From Vitrella brassicaformis CCMP3155 (lineage: Eukaryota > Protista > Chromerida), in NCBI GenBank assembly GCA_001179505.1, contig CDMY01000853.1:1-15281 (forward strand): DNA of 15,281 nucleotides. The letters run 5' to 3'. Within the stretch, counting starts at the first letter, position 1, and each line of letters begins with the position of its first letter. The position numbers were made by a program, and so were the translations under genes. Below are positions 7,906-15,281 of the stretch, in pieces. The notes under the pieces were generated by a model, which was not told where the DNA came from, ran no database searches, and worked only from the letters and a program-made list of their open reading frames with translations.

Positions 7906-8165
7906 CCAGAAGCTGAGCGGCTGTGTTTGAGATGACTTGACTTTGGCGGATGAGGCATCAGCAAGCATTTGGCGGACGGACGTGTGTGTGGGTCGCGCGG
8001 CTTCTGATGGAGTTGTCGGTAGGGTAGGCCTGGGAAAGTGCTTTGTAGAACACATAGGGGTCTCTCCAAAAAGCAATCATATCTCCCTTAGGATGGCACA
8101 AAAAGTGTGCTAGAACGCACCACAGCGTGTCCTGGTCGCTGAGAATGGGCAGCATCTTCCTGAAG

Positions 8166-8465
8166 NNNNNNNNNNNNNNNNNNNNNNNNNNNNNNNNNNN
8201 NNNNNNNNNNNNNNNNNNNNNNNNNNNNNNNNNNNNNNNNNNNNNNNNNNNNNNNNNNNNNNNNNNNNNNNNNNNNNNNNNNNNNNNNNNNNNNNNNNNN
8301 NNNNNNNNNNNNNNNNNNNNNNNNNNNNNNNNNNNNNNNNNNNNNNNNNNNNNNNNNNNNNNNNNNNNNNNNNNNNNNNNNNNNNNNNNNNNNNNNNNNN
8401 NNNNNNNNNNNNNNNNNNNNNNNNNNNNNNNNNNNNNNNNNNNNNNNNNNNNNNNNNNNNNNNNN
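8166..8465. other. Assembly gap (300 N)
   Basis: Run of N. Confidence 0.99.
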
Positions 8466-9147
8466 CGTGTCTGCCGAAAGTTTGTGTCAGTAATATTGCT
8501 CACCCACCTGTGGGCTGGTCATCCCGCGTGATGATCTGTCCATCGTCTGAGGGCTCGAACTCCTCGTCGTCATACTCACCGTCGGCCTCGATCTCCTCCT
8601 CTATCTCATCACTCCACACACACACACACACACACATGGCCTCACTCATACACAATGCCCTACCCCTCCCCGCTCGCTTACTCCAGTGACGACTCGCGAG
8701 CAGCCGCTGCCCCAGTGACCGTCGCAAACGGCCCCCCCGCCGTCTTGCCGCCCACTGGCCCACCCAGGTCCAGGTCTTGTGTCGCCTTCTTGTCATGTGA
8801 CGAGGTGGTCAGGGAGGGGGCGATGCCCGCCTGTGGTAGCCAAATATCGACGTCGGCTTGGGCGCACCCTGCACACCACAGCACACGCCAGAAGCTGAGC
8901 GGCTGTGTTTGAGATGACTTGACTTTGGCGGATGAGGCATCAGCAAGCATTTGGCGGACGGACGTGTGTGTGGGTCGCGCGGCTTCTGATGGAGTTGTCG
9001 GTAGGGTAGGCCTGGGAAAGTGCTTTGTAGAACACATAGGGGTCTCTCCAAAAAGCAATCATATCTCCCTTAGGATGGCACAAAAAGTGTGCTAGAACGC
9101 ACCACAGCGTGTCCTGGTCGCTGAGAATGGGCAGCATCTTCCTGAAG
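8466..9147. repeat. Near-exact 682-bp copy of 7484..8165 across a gap, probable contig-overlap artefact
   Basis: Constant offset of 982 and identical ORF translations. Only three differences were seen by eye (8474, 8478, 8492). Both repeat ends abut the gap. Confidence 0.85.
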
Positions 9148-9367
9148 ACAGGCAGAAAGAGATGTCAGCCGGGGGGCCTTGTGGCTGCTTCTCGCTTCGT
9201 GTGAGGCCTCTATGTGTGTGAGCCTCTCTGATGCTGTTGTGTTTTCGGAGAGGGCATGGGCCGTTAGCGACCCCTAGCACAACTCAAGCTCGCAATTGTA
9301 AACACCCTCTGCTTTGGAGGCTTTTTCCCATTGCAGGGGGGCGGGGCGGCGGCTGATGTGCTCAGTT

Positions 9368-9391
9368 AAACCCTAACTATGCGTAGGGTTT
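9368..9391. promoter_or_regulatory. Inverted pair of telo-box/telomere-like motifs AAACCCTA-N8-TAGGGTTT next to a GGGGCGGGGCGG GC-rich box
   Basis: Exact 8-bp arms at 9368-9375 and 9384-9391. Function is inferred only. Confidence 0.4.
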
Positions 9392-9525
9392 GCGAATTTG
9401 GTGAATGCGCGTGTGCAGCAGCGCGTGGCAGACAGACAGACACACTCACACACAGGCTCATGTCAACAGGGGTCCACGCGCAGAGAGGGAAGGGGGGGGA
9501 TAAGGCCTGTGTGTGCAGTGTGTGA

Positions 9526-9570
9526 GAGGGTGCGCGTGTGTGCCATCATCGCCTGCACACGCGCACCCTC
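9526..9570. repeat. Perfect 15-bp inverted repeat (hairpin) with a 15-nt loop
   Basis: GAGGGTGCGCGTGTG (9526-9540) is the exact reverse complement of CACACGCGCACCCTC (9556-9570). Confidence 0.85.
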
Positions 9571-9910
9571 ACACACACACACACACGAGGCGGGTCGATC
9601 ACAAACGTCCGGCTGCTCGCTGTCTGTCGGTCTTGACGACACGCTTCTCGTTAAATGCTAAAGGGCCCACCAGGCAACGCCCCACACAGTGTGTGTGGTG
9701 GGCTGGCAGGAACGGGACCGAGAAAAGCATGGCATCCACTAGCCACCCACCGCCCAGCGCAAGAAAACACGCCTGCCTGCCTGCCTGCCTGCCTGCCCGC
9801 GTCTCCCATCTCGATCCCTCCCGATATCTCTGTGTGTGTCTGTCGCGTGAAGACCTCTGCGATCGATCCATCGGCCGGTCTGTCGGTTTGCTGACTAGTC
9901 AGTCCGTCAT

Positions 9911-12900
9911 TCATTCAGTCATGGCTGTGCGTCCGTCCAGGTCGATGACGTCCTCCCCCTCGTCGACCATGGCGTCAAAATCGGCGCTCTCCGCCNNNNN
10001 NNNNNNNNNNNNNNNNNNNNNNNNNNNNNNNNNNNNNNNNNNNNNNNNNNNNNNNNNNNNNNNNNNNNNNNNNNNNNNNNNNNNNNNNNNNNNNNNNNNN
10101 NNNNNNNNNNNNNNNNNNNNNNNNNNNNNNNNNNNNNNNNNNNNNNNNNNNNNNNNNNNNNNNNNNNNNNNNNNNNNNNNNNNNNNNNNNNNNNNNNNNN
10201 NNNNNNNNNNNNNNNNNNNNNNNNNNNNNNNNNNNNNNNNNNNNNNNNNNNNNNNNNNNNNNNNNNNNNNNNNNNNNNNNNNNNNNNNNNNNNNNTATTC
10301 ATTCGTCCGTCCGTCTGGTGGTCGTCTTTCTCACCGCAGCAGTAGGTTGGTCGTTGTCTTGTGTGTGTTGATCGTGCGATGGGGGGGCTGCAGTGGGGTC
10401 GAAATCGGCCTGTCTGCCGCCCTCATCTGGTGCACACCAGACAGACGCGCCACACACATCAATCCATCTCCACGTGTCTGCCGAAAGTTTGTGTCAGTAA
10501 TATTGCTCACCCACCTGTGGGCTGGTCATCCCGCGTGATGATCTGTCCATCGTCTGAGGGCTCGAACTCCTCGTCGTCATACTCACCGTCGGCCTCGATC
10601 TCCTCCTCTATCTCATCACTCCACACACACACACACACACACACATGGCCTCACTCATACACAATGCCCTACCCCTCCCCGCTCGCTCACTCTAGCGACG
10701 ACGCGCGAGCAGCCGCTGCCCCAGTGACCGTCGCAAACGGCCCCCCCGCCGTCTTGCCGCCCACTGGCCCGTCCAGGTTCAGGTCTTGTGTCGCCTTCTT
10801 GTCATGTGACGAGGTGGTCAGAGAGGGGGGCCATGCCCGCCGGTGGTAGCCGAATATCGACGTGGGCTTGGACGCACCCTGCACACCACACCACAGCACA
10901 GCACACGGGGGGACAAGACAAAGGGTATGGATAAGGGAGATGGATGGAGAGCTGCACTGCATCAATCATTGTTGCCCTGCTTTGCTTATATGTACTGCTC
11001 ACATGAGTGGCGTCCTGCTCCCGTGTGTTGGTGTTGATGGTGGCGGTGGTGGTGCTGCCGACGGTATCGCTGAGCCCCTCACTGGCACGAAAGCCATCCG
11101 CCGACATCTCATCAGCACCGATGGACGCATCACCATCTGACTCACACCGTTGGAGCGAAATACACAAGTGAGGCTTCAATTCATGTGTTGTGTGTCAATT
11201 GTTGCTGCATGGTCATGTCATGGTCCTACTTACCGTGGGAAGCCTTATGGTCCGTGCCCCCCTCCTGGCCGCCAGTTTCGTCATCCTCGTCGTCTAGGCC
11301 TGCGGATGGCCCGGCGGCATCCTCAGCCTGCGTGAGGCTCTGAGTCTTCTTCATGTCCAAGGGCGGCAAACGAGTGTGACGCGGGTCGGGGAGATCTGAT
11401 ACACACACACACACACAGGCGTCAATCGAGATGGCTGCATGGCCATGTGTGCGGCTCGTTGCGTACCATGGACATCTCTGGCTGCCATCGATCCCACTAC
11501 AGTGCTCTCCTCAATGCCCTGTCCGCCCCCAGCCGCAGCCGCCCGAGCGATCTCGCGCATCTTGCCGGCGATGGTGTCGTCAAACGACGCACTCAGCTCC
11601 AGGCTATCGCCCACAGCATACGCGCCCGCCAGCCCGCTCAGCCGTATGTCCCTCTCCGGCAGCGGCTTCGATGGCGGCACTGGTGAGAGGATGGGCCGGT
11701 TGTCGTAGGAGTGCTGCAGTGGGGAGGGCAGCTGCGAGTTGGTCATGGGCGTCTGGCCCGGGGGGGTCACCTCAAAATGGATATCAGAATCCTGACCGAC
11801 CAGCACGGACACAGCAGATGTCTGTCCGTCCGTCTGTCTGTCCGTCTGTCTGCCTGTCAAACACACCCATTCGCCCACCTGTCCAGCGTCCTCAGATCGG
11901 TGATTCAGGCCGTTGCGCATGTCGACCCTGGCCCCCTCACCCGCCGCCCCCGCGAGCAGCTCGTTGAGTCCGTCGTCCACCGCATTCCGCCGGTCGAGTG
12001 TGTAGTTGACGATGTCCTGCAGCAGGGGGTTGTCTGTGGAGGCNNNNNNNNNNNNNNNNNNNNNNNNNNNNNNNNNNNNNNNNNNNNNNNNNNNNNNNNN
12101 NNNNNNNNNNNNNNNNNNNNNNNNNNNNNNNNNNNNNNNNNNNNNNNNNNNNNNNNNNNNNNNNNNNNNNNNNNNNNNNNNNNNNNNNNNNNNNNNNNNN
12201 NNNNNNNNNNNNNNNNNNNNNNNNNNNNNNNNNNNNNNNNNNNNNNNNNNNNNNNNNNNNNNNNNNNNNNNNNNNNNNNNNNNNNNNNNNNNNNNNNNNN
12301 NNNNNNNNNNNNNNNNNNNNNNNNNNNNNNNNNNNNNNNNNNNGATGGATGGAGAGCTGCACTGCATCAATCATTGTTGCCCTGCTTTGCTTATATGTAC
12401 TGCTCACATGAGTGGCGTCCTGCTCCCGTGTGTTGGTGTTGATGGTGGCGGTGGTGGTGCTGCCGACGGTATCGCTGAGCCCCTCACTGGCACGAAAGCC
12501 ATCCGCCGACATCTCATCAGCACCGATGGACGCATCACCATCTGACTCACACCGTTGGAGCGAAATACACAAGTGAGGCTTCAATTCATGTGTTGTGTGT
12601 CAATTGTTGCTGCATGGTCATGTCATGGTCCTACTTACCGTGGGAAGCCTTATGGTCCGTGCCCCCCTCCTGGCCGCCAGTTTCGTCATCCTCGTCGTCT
12701 AGGCCTGCGGATGGCCCGGCGGCATCCTCAGCCTGCGTGAGGCTCTGAGTCTTCTTCATGTCCAAGGGCGGCAAACGAGTGTGACGCGGGTCGGGGAGAT
12801 CTGATACACACACACACACACAGGCGTCAATCGAGATGGCTGCATGGCCATGTGTGCGGCTCGTTGCGTACCATGGACATCTCTGGCTGCCATCGATCCC

Positions 12901-14396
12901 ACTACAGTGCTCTCCTCAATGCCCTGTCCGCCCCCAGCCGCAGCCGCCCGAGCGATCTCGCGCATCTTGCCGGCGATGGTGTCGTCAAACGACGCACTCA
13001 GCTCCAGGCTATCGCCCACAGCATACGCGCCCGCCAGCCCGCTCAGCCGTATGTCCCTCTCCGGCAGCGGCTTCGATGGCGGCACTGGTGAGAGGATGGG
13101 CCGGTTGTCGTAGGAGTGCTGCAGTGGGGAGGGCAGCTGCGAGTTGGTCATGGGCGTCTGGCCCGGGGGGGTCACCTCAAAATGGATATCAGAATCCTGA
13201 CCGACCAGCACGGACACAGCAGATGTCTGTCCGTCCGTCTGTCTGTCCGTCTGTCTGCCTGTCAAACACACCCATTCGCCCACCTGTCCAGCGTCCTCAG
13301 ATCGGTGATTCAGGCCGTTGCGCATGTCGACCCTGGCCCCCTCACCCGCCGCCCCCGCGAGCAGCTCGTTGAGTCCGTCGTCCACCGCATTCCGCCGGTC
13401 GAGTGTGTAGTTGACGATGTCCTGCAGCAGGGGGTTGTCTGTGGAGGCGCGCGAGAGTGAGGGCGGGAGGGGGAGGGACTCGCACAGCTGGTCCTTGGAC
13501 GGCACGATGTAGCTACGGGACACGATGTCGTCAGGGAAGCGGCCCTGATTGACCATATAGGAGGGAGGGGGGAGGTGTTCGTGTGTGTGTGTGTGTGTGT
13601 GTTGGTTCTTACGTCGTCTTGTGCTGATATGGGGCAGTCGGCGTAGAGCATGGCCTCGTGTTTGAAGACGTTGAGCGTCTCCTTCATCCCGTAGTGCTCG
13701 AGAAACGACGCGACAAGGTTGCACACAGCCAAACCTGACACACACAGGAACACACACACACATGTGCACACGTCTGTCTGTCTGTCTGTGGGATTGATTG
13801 CCTGTCTGACCATGTGGCGACTCTTTTAGTCGTTTGATGCCGTCAACGAGCTCCTCCGACCTCTCGTCCTTGGCAGTCGGCGGCCTGCAACTCATCATCT
13901 CAAACACCTTACTGCGCAACTCCGCCTGTGCACACACAGCAATCAACCCGACACACACACACATACCAAACCAACCCAACCACAGAGCAATGAATCCCAA
14001 TCCCACGAAGCAGCTCACCTTGATTCTGGGCAGGATGCCCTGCTGCACCATGGCCTCCACCACATGCTCCTTCAACAGGGCCACCTTCTCCCGACCACCG
14101 GGGCACCCGTAGTATCTCTGGGCCCTCTCATGACGCTCCTCATCCCCCAGCACCCTGCTCTGCAGCCCGTGCTCGCGCGCGATGGTCGACGGGCGCCTGT
14201 CGCGGCCCTCGTCGCGCAGAAACCGCTCGATGCGCGCCTCCTCCTCGTCTGGGTCCTCATCGTGATCACAGGCATCGGGTCCATCGTGGCCGTTGAGCGG
14301 AGGTCTGTCGTCCATGCGATTGCGCATCAGGGCGGCCGGTGGGCGCGGGTGAAGCTGCCGGACGTGCTCGAAGTCGTAGTCGTCGTGGGAATTCAT
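9911..14396 (-). CDS. CEP43: FGFR1OP/CEP43 (FOP, TONNEAU1)-family LisH-domain centrosomal/basal-body protein, about 694 aa, 12 exons
   Basis: Exons (-): 14396-14019, 13925-13811, 13734-13613, 13544-13284, 13196-12872, 12800-12639, 12541-12408 (exons 5-7 and part of exon 4 are repeated at -1405), 10878-10691, 10618-10515, 10426-10335, exon 11 and the start of exon 12 lie in the gap, remainder 9995-9911 (TGA at 9913-9911). The 694-aa length uses the duplicate copy to fill the gap. N-terminal LKEHVVEAMVQQGILPRIKAELRSKVF (TOF motif) and GLAVCNLVASFLEHYGMKETLNVFKHEA (LisH), followed by a long disordered region with an acidic tail (DEIEEEIE...EDVIDL). The family call is firm. The choice of CEP43 over FOPNL/OFD1 is less certain. 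Confidence 0.8.
9996..10295. other. Assembly gap (300 N) that hides CEP43-like exon 11; the paralogous copy suggests about 254 bp are missing
   Basis: The flanks match 7061 and 7316 of the duplicate. Confidence 0.95.
10939..12043. repeat. Apparently exact 1105-bp copy of 12344..13448 across a gap, probable contig-overlap artefact
   Basis: Constant offset of 1405, identical ORF translations and identical (AC)8 length. No difference was found by eye. Both ends abut the gap. Confidence 0.88.
12044..12343. other. Assembly gap (300 N)
   Basis: Run of N. Confidence 0.99.
13581..13602. repeat. (GT)11 microsatellite in intron 3 of the CEP43-like gene
   Basis: Read directly from the sequence. Confidence 0.9.
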
Positions 14397-15281
14397 ATTG
14401 CGATGAATCAATGCGCGGCCTCACGCTGTGAGATGTTCTCCAGTTGGAAACATTGGTGAAGCGGCGGGTTCTCCTTCAACAACTGCGAGCTCAGCCCAAG
14501 CTCAGCCTCTTGAGGTGCGCTCTCATGCACCCCCAGCACTCCGTGTGTGGTTGTTATAAGGGCGTGTTTGTGTGTGACTGGGCGATCTGCACTGGCTGGC
14601 CACCTGGGGATGGGCGGTATCTACGTATGGAGTCATGGTGCCTGACGCACGCACGCACGCCGCCGTCAAGCTGCTGCTGGGGTGGCATGTGTGCGACGCT
14701 GTGTGCCTGCTTGTATGTGGCCGTCGTTCGCAGCGCATTGCATATCCTCCTGTCTGCTGCATCTGCCCTCTGCGTGCTGCGTGTTTCGTGTCCGGATTGC
14801 ATGTTAGGGTGCCTGTTTCATGTTGGACAGACCGACAGGGGACTTGGCCGCCAGGCCACCTAGGGTGCTCCCTGAAACCGCTGCTGCTTGAGGTTGCGTT
14901 TCGCACCCTATAACCTGAATTCCGAGTAAGGCGCACCCACTGTGTGGGCACCCCGGGCCGCGAATTGGGCGGGGGTCGAAAGCAGCGTGCGAAGTGGCGG
15001 TCAATTATGTGTCACAGAGACGTCCACAGCAAAAGTGGTGGCGAGAAGCACACCGACGCATGCAACAATAGCGAGAGTGTCAAAAACATGCAGACAACAA
15101 CGGCGGGAGCTTGAAAAACATGCAGATCTCGAAGACAGACGTGGCGATAACACGCAGGTACTCAGAGGGCTGCAGTAAGAACACAAGACACGCCCTTGTT
15201 GAAGACGTGCTTCGCAAAGTATATCAGTGCATCGCTGGATGCAATTGGATGTGCCTGTTGAAGGGGATATCGAAGACTGCC

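Noticed and set aside
8888-9586. Helitron or MITE explanation for the spacer and hairpin
   Set aside because: No CTRR terminus follows the hairpin on either strand, and I found no terminal inverted repeats or target-site duplication.
7484-13448. CRISPR array or a multi-copy tandem gene array
   Set aside because: The repeats are 0.7-1.3 kb gene segments with no repeat-spacer periodicity. Two of the three repeat pairs abut N gaps and look like contig overlaps.
12756-14411. 551-aa ORF starting at 14411
   Set aside because: It begins at TTG and reads through four introns, off-frame across exon 3. The first ATG is at 14396 and the LisH exon is in another frame.
14420-15281. Short ORFs and possible micro-exons upstream of the CEP43-like gene, and a 13-bp direct repeat AAAAACATGCAGA near 15083 and 15114
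   Set aside because: No recognisable domain or self-consistent splice chain. It may belong to a gene extending beyond the window but cannot be supported here.

Overview
Intron-rich, GC-rich eukaryotic genomic DNA. GT-AG introns are about 68-131 nt and full of CA/GT and GTCT microsatellites, which suggests a chromerid alveolate such as Vitrella (inference, not shown). There are three 300-N scaffold gaps. I reconstructed four spliced genes by hand. (1) 423..2427 (-): a 497-aa protein with a disordered/polyQ N-terminus, a GCN4-like leucine zipper and a C-terminal LOV blue-light sensor domain. The domain order is aureochrome-like but there is no bZIP basic region. (2) 2546..3861 (+), head-to-head with gene 1: a NIF/CTD-small-phosphatase-type HAD phosphatase (DLDET) with an organelle-presequence-like N-terminus. 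(3) 4350..6199 (+): a secreted, bacterial-type vanadium-dependent haloperoxidase homologue in which the conserved S-G-H motif reads S-G-Q. (4) 9911..14396 (-): an FGFR1OP/CEP43/TONNEAU1-family LisH centrosomal protein. Its 3' half is duplicated at 6639..7905 with a frameshift and a possible new start. Two near-exact repeats that flank gaps (682 bp and 1105 bp) are probably assembly overlaps. The strongest novelty candidates are the zipper-LOV photoreceptor without a basic region, the His-to-Gln haloperoxidase and the truncated CEP43 duplicate. All calls come from motif reading by eye; no database search was run.
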